Assembly: GCA_051294905.1 (NCBI GenBank)
Contig: CM119371.1
Coordinates: 31,746,001 to 31,810,000, forward strand
Length of the DNA: 64,000 nt
Direction: 5' to 3'
Origin: Botryllus schlosseri
Taxonomy: Eukaryota
Shown here: positions 26,301 through 41,300 of the stretch, piece by piece
Layout of the letters: each line of letters begins with the position of its first letter
Position numbering within the stretch: the first letter of the stretch is position 1
Position numbers and translations under genes: made by a program
Notes under the pieces: model-generated
The model's database searches: none
Told to the model about the DNA's origin: nothing
The model's input: the letters and a program-made list of their open reading frames with translations, nothing else

Positions 26301-29300
26301 CTGGTGTATTCTGATAAAAGTCGACTCCCAGGCACACAAATGGAAGTGTGAACGGCTTCTCCCAACGACGTGAAATCTGTCGTCTCGATAATTATTCGCA
26401 CAAATCGGATTATCTGATAGATGATTGCCAATGGCCGAATTATTGGCCTTTGATCTGTCAGCATCAAGCTTAAGCGGATGAGTTAAGGGCGAGCTTCTCA
26501 CAGAGCCTGATGCACGTGTTCTGATAAATCTGGGGACATGCTGGTTTACGTTTCCTGCAGACGCTTTGACGTTGTTCCTACGTAGCCACAATCAATTTGA
26601 CAATATATAAGAGTCACATGTATCTTTTCAGGTTATAAAGTGAAAATCCCCTCTTAAATAGCTCTGAAAGCCTTAAGGGATCGCCAGACAGGACGCCTAT
26701 TGCCCAAAACCTAGCCTATAGCCGGAAACCTAGTCAATAGCCGAAAACCTATGCGATACAGACAGGTCGCCTACGAAGAAGCGTTCTCTCGTTTTTCGCG
26801 AGCCTGGCCGAAAGCCTACGGGCGCGAATCGAGTTAAAATATTTTTAACTTCATGCGCTATCGGCGCCGACGGCTGGTCGTTCATCGTGTGCTTCAGTCG
26901 TATTTGGCTTGATAGGCGATGTTTTGTTGAGTGTTGTGAATCACAGGGAGAAGAGGTGCTGTGGCAGTGGCGTTGTTGTTTGAAGTAACAGTACTAATTT
27001 ACTTCAATTGTATTGGAGTGTAGTGCCAATATTGTTTACCGCACTGTATACTTGATGAGGACAATATGAGGTGGTCGGCAATCATGGCACCAGATATGTT
27101 GGTATATTGAATCATTGATATACATGCAGATAGATAGATATAGATAGATCGGTAGATATAATATGTTGGGGCTCAGTTCTTCTGATGGAAGGGGCCCTGT
27201 TGGTTTTACTCATATTTTCTTGTATGCAGTGACCTGACAGACCTATTTATGCTGTGCATTTGATATTAATTTTAATGAGGAACTGATCGAGAGCGTCCGG
27301 GACTACCCGGTGCTCTATGACTCTACACATACGAAATTTTTGGATACAATACGAAAAGATAATATTTGGATAAAGATCAGCGAAAAACTCGCTAAATACA
27401 ATACAACAGGTAAGCATGACGAGTTTATGGTTATGAGTGTATGGTATGGTATAGCCCCAGTGGTTCTCAACCGGGGGTCTGCGAAGCAATTTTAGGGGGT
27501 CTGCGAGACGTGAGACCTCTAAATTTTTAAAATGATTGATAAACGAATTTCAAATTTTTTAAATTAGGGAAATCACGAGGCAGTTTTGCTCCTCATCTAC
27601 AAAATCCTCATTACTCACATCATCAGAATAATCGCCGGGCATGAAATATCCTACTGTGTAAATTCATTTTAATTGCCAAATTGCCAATAACCTACTGATA
27701 CAATCATTTTCCTGTTTAGAGACATTTTGTTGTAGTTAGTGGAAAAATATAAATACTGGTAAGGAGATAGTTTGACGTTTGCGAAACCTTTTCAATTTAA
27801 AGATGTCAGTCGACTATAAAAATTCCTCAAGTATTTTCCCTAATTTGTCGCAATGTCTTACTTTTCAGCGGTAAGTGCATGATTGCACTGCTAATATTGC
27901 ACTCCACCCCAGCTCCAGTAATGTTGTTTTATAATATGAAATACTATGACAGTTCTGGCCTTACAAACATGAATTCACACAACTTACACATAGGCTAACT
28001 ATGAAAATATGGTATTTGGCATTTTTCTGCCCAACCTCAAATCTGTTTGCTTTGTTAATATGGTAGGACTGTAGAATGACATTGTGCGAACAACATAGTT
28101 GAAGGAATTTGTCCATCAGAAAATTGTTCTGTGAAAATATTGCACGTCTCATCTTGGCCTCCTCACCCCTACCATTTGTGTAAACAATGCATAACGGAGG
28201 ATGCAGTGGTATCACCCCGGGAAGTCTAGACTGATGCTATTGTCTATGCAATGTCCTATTTGTCGACGTACACACACTGCTCTTGATATGCATGTGCACT
28301 AGGGGTGTCAAAAAAACAAACTTTTTTTTATTCAAATTTCATCGGCTTGGTTATCAAATCGTGAGTTTACCTAAAAAAAGTACGTTGCACACCAAATTTT
28401 ACTCAATTCCAACCAGAGAAACCGAGGCCAGTCGAATTGACAATTCGGCCATATTTGAAGTGATTACCAGTGAACTCGGCACTTGGTGAATTTGGCCGCA
28501 CAAACTCGGCACTTGGTGAATTCGGCCGTGGTAGATCTCGTAGCGGTACCGGTCACCATAATTGGTTACTGGACTGTTTGCTGGTGAACTTGGCACTTTG
28601 AGTGGTTGTCAATGTTGTACGGGGGTCAGGGCATGGGTAGATCACACAGTCACGGCGTGATTAGATCACAGATTGCGTAACGTCGGGAAATAACGCGATG
28701 CTCTTCACTTGGTGAACTCGGCCCTTGGAGGAATTGGCACTAGAACACCTTCGCTTTAGAAATGCATTTAATATGAATGAACAGTATCAAAAAGGAAATG
28801 TAAACGTGTCGTGGCTGGCGGTAGATCTAGAATCTTGGGATCCTTCAACCCTGTTATCGAGACACCCTAACCCCAGAGTGGAATCGTCTCTCCAAAGGCA
28901 AAAAATAATTTATTTTGACGTGATCATGCGAAACATTTGTTGATGAGGAACACTGGCTTGTCGTGATCAATAAAGGAAGAAGCGCCGCTTGATCTTCCAC
29001 AGCTCCGATCTTACATACAACGACAAGATCCATCTTCTCAAAACTTACACGACACAGGCCCGTCACTCACGCCATCGATTCCAAGCAGACCGCGCTTGGT
29101 CGGTATATGAGCGCTTCGTCATTTCCCGCGGCTATGCAATCCGTGATCCAATCACGCCGTGACTGCGTGATCTACGGATACCCTGACCTCCTTACAAGAT
29201 TGACGAATCACTTGATAATGCTATTATTAGTTTAATAATTCATATTATTAGCTGTTAATACACTTCATTACAAAATTTCCCGAGGGCCGAATTCACCAAG

Positions 29301-32300
29301 TGCCGAGTTTGTGCGGCCGAATTCACCAAGTGCCGAGTTCATCGGCAACCTTTGAAGTAATAGTATTTACAGTGACCAATTTCGTCACACCGACACCGAC
29401 ATGACCAAAAATTGTCCAGTAGGGAGTTGTAAACAAATGTATTATGTCACAGTATAATGGAGACGGACTCTCAGCATTCCCGTGGCCACTCACTGGCCAC
29501 GGATTTTTCTGTGGCCGGCCACAAATATTCCGTGGCCGGCCATGAAAAGTGCTATTCCATGACCGGCCACAGTGAATATTATGGCCGGCCATGAAATTTC
29601 ACTGTGGCTGGCCACGAAACTTCCTTGGCCGGCCACGGAAAACTCGATTTCATGGCCGGCCATGAATGAATTTCATGGCCGGCCACAACGAATTTTCATG
29701 GCCGGCTGTAATATACCACTCAATATTTAATATCAGTACTGTCCGTGCCCCAATCGTGGTCAAATGTCTGATAAATTATGTTCTATTATGTGCGTACAGT
29801 CAATAAAACTAGGTGAGAGCGAGAGTTTAACTCAGTCTATAAGCATTTCACCCGAAATACCAGAAGAATAGCGATACAAGGAAACGATAGGAAGAAGTCG
29901 AAACGATCAGGCAGAGTCTCTAAAATATCAATTAAAAACACACAAAATGATGTAAAGAATGCATTAAAAAGGGAGATATCCGCTAAATGGAATAGGAAAT
30001 AATGGTATAGAAAGCTAGCAGCAATGAAGACAGTATCAAAACTGGTAACCGGTAAGCGTTGATTTTTTTTGTAAAAATAGACCCGAATATTCGGCTGACA
30101 CTCGTCACGGCTAATCGTAAGAACCTTTATAGAATTGGAAAGAACAATGTACGCCAAATATATGACAAAAAATCTCTATAAGTTCCCCAAAAGCTGTGAA
30201 ATTCGCATGACATTCTATGGCCGGCCACAGAATAGATTGGAGCTCGCTGTGGCCGGTGCTTCGCCCGTTCTGATATTGATTTTCTACGGAAAGGTGAGCT
30301 GTGTAGAGTGTACTGTACAGTTGCAATCGATTATATAGTTCGTTATATTTTGTAAATATGTATACCTGCGATTAAATAATATGAGGCGCATTATGTCCTT
30401 CATTTTTCAACCATGTTTATCGTTTAGGATAAGTCTGCGATGCGAAATTATACATATATATTTGATCATATGTAGTTTAAGGATGTAGGGGCAGTTTAAA
30501 ATCTTTCGTGAATTGCCCTGATGAATTTATGAATAGTACAATACTGTACTGGAAATCTGTCTTAATTCACTGCAGATTTGTTCGATTTACGTTTAAGTTG
30601 ACTCGACTATATCTCCTTGAATACAGATGCATGTTCCATCGCGATACTTAATCGGTCAGTATGCGGTCATTTTACCTATATTTTCTCGTTCTCAGTACTA
30701 AATATAGTAATCGAAGTGCCGGAAAGAAACAAATAGGGAATCAAAGAACCAAGAATATGTGGAAAATACTCTTTAAGTTGCAGAAAAGCTGTGAAATCCA
30801 CTTGACATTCTGTGGCCGGCCACAGAGCAGCTCGCTGTGGCCGGTGCTTCCCCCGATCTGATATCTCTTTCCTGCGGTATAGATAGGATATGTAGTTGCA
30901 AACAATTCTATAGTTTGTTATCTTTCGTATATCTGAATAGCAGTGCCGGGCTGATAAAATCTTTCCTTTTTGTATCAGGTCTATGATAAGTCCACGATAT
31001 ACGGTTATATAGATATTTGATCATCGTAGCCTACTGCTATACATATGAGATACAACGTTCGCTATCCTCAACATCAATGGAGCTTGCTGCACTCATATTG
31101 TTGGACGATGATAATTGTGTCGAGGAATCTATGAATATTTCCATGCTGTAGCAGCACTTGAACTTGACGCACTGCAGATTTGCTGCATATGTGAAAAAAG
31201 TCAACGATGTAGCCTATCCTACCGCCGGTACTAATGATAAAATGTGGGGCTTTGTTCCCAGAAATTTGATTTTGGTCGCGTTTCCGATCCCATATAATTT
31301 GTGTATATATATGCATCTAGTAGCCGTTCTTCCAGGTTGAAACAAATCATGTACAAATGAAATGGATGTTGCAGTCACTATCGATGGCGTGCATGCCAGA
31401 GGATATATGATTACTTGGGTGCAAGGATCGTTTTTGTATCGCATGTCGTTCAAAAATCAAGCTGATAACCGATGTGGTGGGCATAGGACGTAAATGCGTC
31501 TGCTTTATAATCAAATAACTGCTATAATAGGCTTTATAGATCACTCCAGATACTTTGCGTCATCAAATGCAGTAGGCTACCATCGTCCGAGGAAAAAACG
31601 CCTATGCCTATGCCTGCGTATTGACCAATACTCATGATATATTTGTGGTTAATTCAAGGAACAATGGAATGTTTCCCGAAACAACGTACAGGGAACAATT
31701 TTGATGACACAGACAAGTTAGAATCGTTCACTATGGTTTAGCATCTGAAGGCAGTGCAAATACTTATCGCTGTAAATGCCCAAAATCCATGAGTGGACGG
31801 CCCAGAACAACCTTTGCATAAACGCCTCGAAATCGCAATTGCTGACAGTAAATTCAAAAAATAACCTAACCGTTAATATCGCTGGTCAGCCCGTTTCTAA
31901 CACAGATAGTGCCAAATATCTCGGAGTTTTACTGGACTCGAACATGTCCTGGAAGAGTCATATTCAGTCCCTAGAAACTAAATTATCACCGAAGTGCGGC
32001 CTGTTCTACAGCCTTGGGCGCTTCATGCCAGCATGGGTTCTTCTGATACTCTTTAAATCCCTAATCCAATCGAAGTTACATTATGGCATACTCTGTTGGG
32101 GGGCTGCCAGTAAAACTGCACTCAAGCCACTGCAGAAACTACAGCATAAAGTACTCCGAATCATAGCTAGGGCCCCAAGGGGGCCTGGCTGCCCATCCAA
32201 TAAGTCGCTGCTGAAGAGATTCGGCGTCCTAAACATAGAAGATATGCGGAAACTAGAAATCGCCAAGTTTATGTATCAGTTTCACTGTGGTCGTTGCTCC

Positions 32301-35300
32301 GAATATTTCAATGACTTCTTTACCTCTGAATCAAAAGCGCACAAATACAACACACGCGCGTCCACGTCGTCCAAATATCATATGATCGACCGAAAAGATC
32401 ATCGCTCCATCAAATATGCCGGACCTGATGTGTGGAACAGTATCCCGCCGGCCATCCGACAGTCGACGAGCATGTCCACATTCAAGTCGAAATACAAGCA
32501 ATTACTACTAAATAAATACAGTCCATCCTCAAGATTACCGGACCACGACTGACCTATCGATCTCGCTTCCCATGACATGCAGCCCTATTTCTTGTCGCAT
32601 TCTTTTTCTATACTATCTTCTTTACTTTCATTCAGTGTGCATGCCTCCTCTTTACATCGCCTAGGCCAAGGTGCGTGTCAGATTCCATAGACTACTCCTT
32701 GTCGCTTCGACATCTTCCTGTCTTTTCATTGTATCGCATTTTTGTGGTGTATTGAACTGATAAAATTGCTAATAAACCAATGATGATACCGTTGTAAAGT
32801 GCATCTGATCTCTCGTGCCCCTGGGTGTCTTCTATGAAAAGCATGCATTCGACACATTGTATTGAAATACTTGTATGTGAATGATTGTAATAATATCTTC
32901 AATTGCTTGCGATTTTGTGAAATTGATAATAACGGAATAAACTTTTTGAAGAGAAATATTTGATGTTTTTTTACGTAGAAAAGGACGGAGGTGCAGGGAT
33001 TCGGGTTATCTAGTTTGGATCACTAATGGGCTTGGACGATGGAGAAACGAAGAGACTGCAAGGCTATCGAGTCTGCACCACGCTTTTATCTCTCCACACA
33101 ATCCCAGCGCGTTAAGCGCCTGGCGTGGAAGCTGTGGACAACAGTTTTATTGTAAAGTCGTTTGTCTGACCGAGCAATAAGTTTCTAACATTACTCTATC
33201 AACTATCTAGGAAATTCAAGAAACACATGTTTCGGTGTTATAGTTTACAACGCACCGCCTCAGAGTAATTTTTCATAGTCAGAGGGAATTAGATTCATTT
33301 CTACAGCGAACACTGAAGATAAACATGTGTAAAACCATGGTAATTTCGAACCAATCCCTGAACTGCGCAATAAAATGGTAATCTAACTTGAGTACATGCG
33401 ATATTAGTGGAAGTCGTCTAGAAACCTAGACGCCAGCAAATTCGTAGAGCAAATGAGGAAGATCCACGCGAGTATAGTCAAAGTAGAGGCAAAGGGCGGA
33501 TTTTCATCCAACTAGATGTGCCGAAATCACGAACAGGCCACGAACTCGTGGCCGGCCACGATGATTTTGTATGGCCGGCCATGAAATTCCCTGTGGCCGG
33601 CCACGAGACAACGCTTTTTCATGGCCGGCCACGAGATATTCGTGGCCGGCCACGCAAAAATCTGTGGCCAGTAAGTGGCCACGGGAAAGCTGAGACCCCT
33701 ACTGGTATAATGATTAATGTTTTTTATTAATTTCACATTGTTTACAGCGGAGAACTGCAAAAAACGTTGGAAACAACTCCGAAACAGGTTCAGCAAATAT
33801 GTTGGCGAGTTGAAGAAAGCCAAATGCAGTGGCTCTGCCGCAAGCACTATCAAGGAGTTTACTCATTATCAGTCCATGTCTTTTCTGCTTGATCATTTGA
33901 AGCATAAACCGTAAGTCCTAACATCATATAAATATCTATAACTACAAGATGGCCCACATTTCTTACTTGGTATTGCTTATTTTGCGATCAGAACTATTGG
34001 AAATGCTGCACCAGATTCTGATGGGAATGGAGATAGACTGGATGTTTCTTCAAATACTGGTAACCTGCCACAGGATGAATTCATGTGTTTGGTCTGCTTC
34101 ACGTGTGCAACTCTAAAAACAGCAGAATCAAGCCAAGAAGAAGATGTAATGCAAGTCCATGAATCTCAAGAAGATGTAAGCCAGGTTATGCCTGATGATG
34201 GTAGAAATGAGGTTGAGTGTGCGGATCAGTCAACAAGCTCACATACCGAAGTTGTCTCTAGAAAGAGGAAGAGATATGCCGATAAACAAGAATTCCAGGT
34301 GAGTCGGATGTGATGAAGGCTTATAGCCAGGGCTTTGGAGCAGCCGTAAATTTGCATTGCTCCAGCTCCGGACCGGCATTATTACCACTGCTCCGGCTCC
34401 AGCTCTGAAAACTGTCGAAGGTGTCTGTCTATATCAGGGGTGGGCAACCCGCGGCCTGCGGGCCTTATATGGTTTTGAGTAGCCCGCGAGCTAATTTCCC
34501 ATTATATTATCGAAATCCTGTTATATTATCGAAATTGAATTGCTCAGATTGTGAACTTGCAACCTGGCCAACCAAAAATATGATTAGTCTGGCCGCGACA
34601 CTTGGGATGTTGATGACTAGAATATCAGTTCCGACGCGTTAGCAAATCCAGGATCCAGTCACATTTGGATGCAGCAAGGAAGAGGAAAAGATTCTTGATT
34701 TTGCGAAGGGCTGCTGTTGAATTATGTGAACTCATTAGATATGGCTGTTGCATATATAATAGCATCTTATGAGATACGTCGGAGCCGGAGCTACCCCTCA
34801 AATAACTAGCTCCAGCTCCGGCTGAATTTTATGTAGAGCTCCGGCTCCAGCGAAAATGCAAGGCTCCGGCTCCAGAGCCCTGCTTATAGTACAAGTAAAG
34901 TTATTGAAAGTGGTGATATTCTTATATTTTCCATTTGCAGGCTGCAATATCCGACCTCATGAGCCAAAACGTTAAATCAATGAATGACTTTACTGCTCAT
35001 CTTGCAAACCGTCCAAGAAACGAATATGCCCACTTTGGCAGCATGGTGGCAAAGATGTTGGAGAAATTGCCACCAGTCAAAGCTATTTCTACAATGAGCT
35101 GTATCATGCAATTCATGGGTGAGCAGATGTCTTCACTCGAGACACAAGTTATTGATACTCAGGATACAGAATGATGTATGTTGTATGATGACTTGTACAA
35201 GCGACTGGATATGTGTAACTGGAACTATAACTACTCGCTTTTGAAAATCGGAAACTAGAACGATTCAATGTTCAAAATCTGCAATTAGAACTAGGACCTA

Positions 35301-38300
35301 CTCAGTTTTCGAAATCCGTAACTTAGTCACCACGTCCGTTAATTAAATTGGTAGATTGCACAATTCTGGCTTTATGCTTTTGACATTGTTGTTTACCTCT
35401 GTGTTGATACATGCTTGCTGAATTCTCTTCACTGCATTTTTTGCTTTTGACATTTTACATGTCTTTCGCTGTATTCTACCTTTCTTATGCGTTAACTTGC
35501 CCCTAGTACTCATTCTTGATCCGTGATATTCTGTACTTAGCTGTATGTGTTTCGTTATACCCTGATGTCAAACTATGTTCGCACAAGCAATTGCCATATC
35601 TTCTTCAGTAAAAACTGTTCCAATATGAATGCATTAACTTGCCCCTAGTACTCGTTCTTGATCTGTGATATACTGTACTTCGTTACACATTGCTTTCAAA
35701 CCATGTTCACACAAGCAATTTTCATATTTTCTTTAATAAAAACTGTTCCAATAACGTGTATGAAAGAATATTAATGGTTTGGAACAGTGGTTTACAATCA
35801 AATGTACATCAGGACAATGTCATTTCGTCAAGCAATATATTCAAAAGCAGATTTATGGTACCAGAATATCCAAAGCAGATCTGTAGTCCGCCAGAGACGA
35901 CGAGCTCACACGCGATTTACCACTGCTTCTTGCCACGCAACTCTGCCAATATTGCTCATAAAGTAATTGGTAAATTTCTCCCTCACCTCCTTTGCTTCGT
36001 TGCTGTACATATTGGACCCCAGCCTCCCAGTTCGAGGAGTGGTCTCGGTTTGTGAAGTGGTTGTCGGGCCTCCAAAATCACTGGACGTGGCTGGTGCGAT
36101 GCCAAGGTTTGAGAGTGTGCACGAGGATCTAAACTGCAAGAAGTTGTGCAAACAACATGCAGCTTTGGTAATGTCAATGGCAAGTTTCGGCTCGGCAGTA
36201 ATAGTGCCCCGGAACACTCTCCACCGTGCTGCCATCACGCCAAATGCGTTTTCAATGACACGCCGTGCACGTGATAATCGGTAATTGAAAATTGATTTGT
36301 GTGATGGCAATTGTTTGCCGGGATAGGGTCTCATCAGATTCCTGCGTAATGGAAATGCCGCATCTCCAACCATGACGTAGGGAACACGTACATCTGTCCC
36401 AGGTAGGCAGCCATCATCAGGCACATTTAGTTTACCATTCATGAACTTACTTCCGAAGGTCGAATTCGAAAATACCCCACCATAACTATGTCTCCCCGAA
36501 TCACCTATGTCTACCAGAGTGAAGCAAAGCTGTGAGTCACATGCAGCGAGAAGCACAATACTAAAATTTCCCTTGTAGTTATAAAATTCTGATCGCGACT
36601 TGGCAGGGGCCTCAATGCTAATATGTTTTCCATCGATGGCACCAAGGCACATTGGAAAATCCCACTTCTCCTGGAATCCCTTTGATATTCTTTGCCACTC
36701 CTCCGGTGACGCTGGTGACTTTAAAACCTCAGGCATTAGTATGGTCCATATCGCCTCACATGTCTCCTCAATTATCACTCCAACTGTTGAATGTCCAACA
36801 CGAAAACTCTTGGAAATTGACTTTCGAGAATCCCCAGTTGCTAAGTGCCTAAAGCAAGATTTACTAAGCCTGATGACGGCTTCTTAAAAAATTTCAAACT
36901 TTACCTCAGTGCAATTGCCAGTCTTATGTCAGCCGGAATAGCTTTTCTCCAATCGGTATCCTGCTTTGTTATTTCTGGCTTCAGTTTTTCCAGCAGCTCA
37001 TAGAAGGTGTTAAAATCCATGCGAAAATATTCATGAAACATTTCCGGATCGTTGTGCATTTCTCTAACTAAGTTGTACTCCCCCATTTCGTCTCTGTTTC
37101 GGAAAATTGGGCGAACCCATTCCCTGTAATGTATCCCATATGCTTGAACTGAACAATGAACATGAACATGTATGGTACACAAATTTGCCGGATCATCAAA
37201 TCATACCCTTCAGACGAAACTAGCAGAGCCAATGCCGAGCAGATATTTTGCTGCACGCGCAACACTGCCAACAAGGACTCAATATCACCGTCCTCCAACT
37301 CCACGTCCATTTCCAATGCTCCTTCCACGTCCATTTCCTTTCCAGCCAGTCAACAATGTTTTGATCGCAATAATATTTTGATCGGCCCGCGAAAACGCGG
37401 TCCGATACACACCAATGAAGCGGAAAGCCGAAAGCCTGCCGAAAGCCTGCCGATAGCCGGAAACCGATGCGCTTCGGCTATAGGCTAGGTTTTCGGCAAT
37501 AGGCGTCCTGTCTGGCGATCCCTTTAAACTATTCATCAAACTTCACTATCACATCAATCACGAAGGCTACAATGCAGTGGAAGATTCACTATTTCGCCAC
37601 ATTTCCAATTCGTGATGACAAAACCCGACCCTTAGACGATTCGTGACTGAAATTTGCGTGTTGGACTTGGACGCGACCTTCCTTAGAATTACTCAGACTC
37701 GGGCTAACTCGATGGAAAAATCGAAATGACTCGAGTGGATTTAGAGTGACTCGGAATGCCGTGAATTTGTTAGAACCATGGACGCAAAAAACTAATCGCG
37801 TGCCAGGGTAATAGTAATAGATCAAATGGTCGCAACTTGGTATTTCACCAACTGAGCAAGTAGTTATGGCAACCATTGGAAATCTATTGGTTACATCTTC
37901 GGTCTCTAAGCCATGTTATTAAGGCCACTTAAAGGTACCGAGTACCGTAGGGGTACACTCCAACGATGTAACAGCAATGGGCCGTTCGGCGTTCCGACGT
38001 TTCAATCACTAGGACACACTCATTAACATATTTATATTATATTAAAAAAAATTCCGCTCCTATATTTGAATATATTTGGCCATGAGATTATTACCCTACT
38101 TATCGGAAGTATACTCGAATCCTGGATTGGAATTAAAATGCCCAATTTAAAAATGTTTTGATATCAGATCAGTCTCTATTATCAATCTGTAAATTTCAAA
38201 ATATGCATAGTAGCTGAAAAATTATAGCCCGATAGCTTTTATGATGGCATCATACATTTGTCCGCCCATATGGTGTCTATATCTTATAAATAATATATAT

Positions 38301-41300
38301 CAAGTACAACAACAATTATATTCAAATTGTTATAAATGTGATGATACTTTTCGTGCCAGTCCTAAATTGGTACAAGAGTAAATCACATTTTGATGATGTG
38401 TGTTCACTGTCAGTCTGCTGGATAAGCTCACTTTCAATAGATCAATTCATTCCCGCCAAATAAGTTCTACTTGGAAAGACATAGAATACCCCTATAAATG
38501 CTGCGGCCCACGGCGTCGTCAAAACTGGAAAACTGGCCCGCGAGCACATTTGAGTTTGAGACCACTGCTGTAGTGTATCATAAGTACAACTGATCTGAAT
38601 AAAGTCTGTCGCCATTCGCTGCACGACATCTCGAGCTCCCAGAAAATCGGTAAATCCTAATCCTAATCCAAGCTGAACTCTGACCCAAAGTAGATGGGTA
38701 TAAACATCGTTGGTTGTTCGCTCGGGTCTGTTGACTTTTCTGCGTTGAACTGCGTTAATTTCCCCTCTATGCCGCGGTTGATGACGTGTTCAGGGTAACC
38801 GTTATCAAATAAGATTTTGCGGATGTTGTCAAGTTCTAAACTAAGTTTGTTAACCGAACATATCATCAACGCTCTATGCACGAGGGAGCCTATGAGATCG
38901 ATTTGTCTGCGTCGAGGACTAAATGAATTCCAACGAAGGTATTGGCATGTTAACTTCGGTTCCCTGAAGACGACGTTTCAAAATTGTTGGTATTGTGCTT
39001 TTCGACTGAGACGTCCAAAACGATAGTAAGTTATTGCGTTCTTTTTCAATTGTAAATTGCAAGGCCGGGTGAAGCGAGTTTAAGCGAACGAGAAATTGAT
39101 CATACTCTGACTCATTCCTGAATATGACAAAAGTATCATCTACATATCGGCGGTACATGAGTGGTTTGACGGACTCACGCTGGACGAGAAGCTCGCCCTC
39201 ATTATATCCTACGAAAATGTTAGCCAAAATAGGTCCCAGGGACTTCCCATCGCTGTGCCATCTATTTGGCGGAACATAACATCGTTAGCTCAACTCAACG
39301 GAACAGGTTGCAGCCTCAAAAAGGTCAACGGATACGTTACGCGGGATTGATGGTGGTGGTACCTTGCCACCGTATAGAGCGTTGGCACAAATATCAATAG
39401 TCTCTTGCAGCGGAACGTTCGTAAAGAGACTAGAGATATCAAATGAGCTCAGAAACACGTCTGTATTCAGCAAATCCAGGTTTCGTATTTCTTCAGATAG
39501 TAATATAAACCGGCGACATAATACAACATTTTGAAACGCCTACACAGGCGCTGCAGAGTAGTGGTGGGTAATGCCATTGGCTTCTGTTATTGACATGTAT
39601 CGTTCTTGTAATTAGCTCGTGACTCGCGGAGGTTTATTCGCATTTTTTTTTGGTTGAATCTATTCCATACCCAACAGACATATATTAACCCCGTGAGTTT
39701 TTTCAGCAAATGTAACGCAAATTGGTTTTAAAAGTTATGTCAGGCAGCGAGCTAATAGGCGTAGAATAGACTATAAAACATTTTCTTGACGGTTTGCTTA
39801 CTTCTATTTATTCTATTGCATTTAACTTATTTTATCTGCCGAATTCTATCTACAGCACTAGCCTATACTATTTATTTATAGCGGCAGTCTTTTACAAGTG
39901 TGGACTTGGAATGTTCGAAGCATTTTCTCATGGAATGGCTCACTTTTATATAACCTATCCCAATTAATATCAATGATCGTCAGATTATAATTTCATCGAA
40001 TTTGATATAGTGAACAGATAGCAGAGGCAGAAACGACGTGTTGTGATCTCTTATTGTAGAATCCACCTCGGCCCAGTGTCCGAGGTCACATTCTTCTCGA
40101 TGGTAATCTTTATTCGGCAGTCTTTATGATTTTCCTTCCTATGCGAGTTGCACAACTTTTTTGTCTACGATAGGTGTCTTCTGGGGTGGATGAATCTGAG
40201 TCGCAATTTGAGACATGAACAAAACATAGACCTGTCAGTGAATTATTTTTTGAGGTTTGCAATTGATTTGACAAATCAAAAGTTCGATCTTGTCATGGGT
40301 CTGACTAGGCTGCCATGTATGGATGTATGAGAAAGATTTTCCATGCCGTATCATACTTCCATAACATACCATACTATACCATGCCCTGCTTTTGAGGTGA
40401 AGACACATACTCAACTCACTCATGCTTTATATTTGTTATGAATAGGTCGTTTTTTACAGGTCATAATAAGTCGAAATTTTGTCAAAATCGTAGAATTGTT
40501 TAGAAAGTAAATTTTTTGCCACCTGCATTTCGTTTCTATCGTAAATGTTTGCACTGTCGGTGAACGTATCAATTGACATTTTACAATTTTAACCTATACT
40601 TTATGGACCTACTACGTCCTTTCCTACGTCCTTTCCTACCATTGTAGACGGCCCATTATTTTCTGATTGTGAATCATAAACGGTCAAATGAAACAAATAG
40701 GTCGACATGGTGTTGCGCTCAACGTACCGCAATATCCTAGTTGAAGCACGACAGCGTGGGCATTGGTTCTTATATCAAGAAGCGCATGATGAAAAATTGT
40801 GATGTAGAAAACACTGTCAGAATGAAGCAACACGCTGTGTCACCAGCTGTGTACGCGCTGCTGCTGTTGAATGTTCGTTCTCCATTTATGACAACAGTGG
40901 GAAGCTTCTTAGTAAGGAAGAACCCTTTCTACCCAAAAATGTAGGAAAATATATTTCGTTGGACTACAACAAATTTTAATTATTTCCACCATGATGCATG
41001 ATGTAACTACTGGAATTCTTTATAGGTTCAGATTTCGTTAAAACAAGGTTTAGCCATGTAAAAATTTTTTTCAGGGCAATTTTTCCATAATGCATGATGT
41101 ACCCTAACTTCATAGGTCAAGTTTTTTTTATTGAAGTTTTTTTTTGTAAAGAAATTGTCAGTTTTTAAGTCAGATAAGCTTTTTTTTCAAGCCAAACTAC
41201 TTCATAAGTGTTGTTTTACAATTAATTGAGTGTAAGCTGTAATTTGTTATTGTATGAAAGGGGGTAATTGCATCCTGTCATTTTCTTCTTGGGGGTAACG

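Larger units (their letters stand above)
26676..37523. mobile_element. PIF/Harbinger DNA transposon with two convergent genes and nested insertions
   Basis: About 49-bp TIRs AGGGATCGCCAGACAGGACGCCTATTGCC(C/G)AAAACCTAGCCTATAGCCG; TTA target duplication at 26673-26675 and 37524-37526; encloses a DDE transposase gene and a MADF gene. Confidence 0.93.

Noticed and set aside
35490..35760. Direct duplication of about 140 bp between the two Harbinger genes
   Set aside because: Real, but an ordinary local tandem duplication in the 3' UTR region with no evident function.
35967..36887. Plus-strand ORFs over the Harbinger transposase
   Set aside because: Antisense shadows of the real minus-strand CDS.
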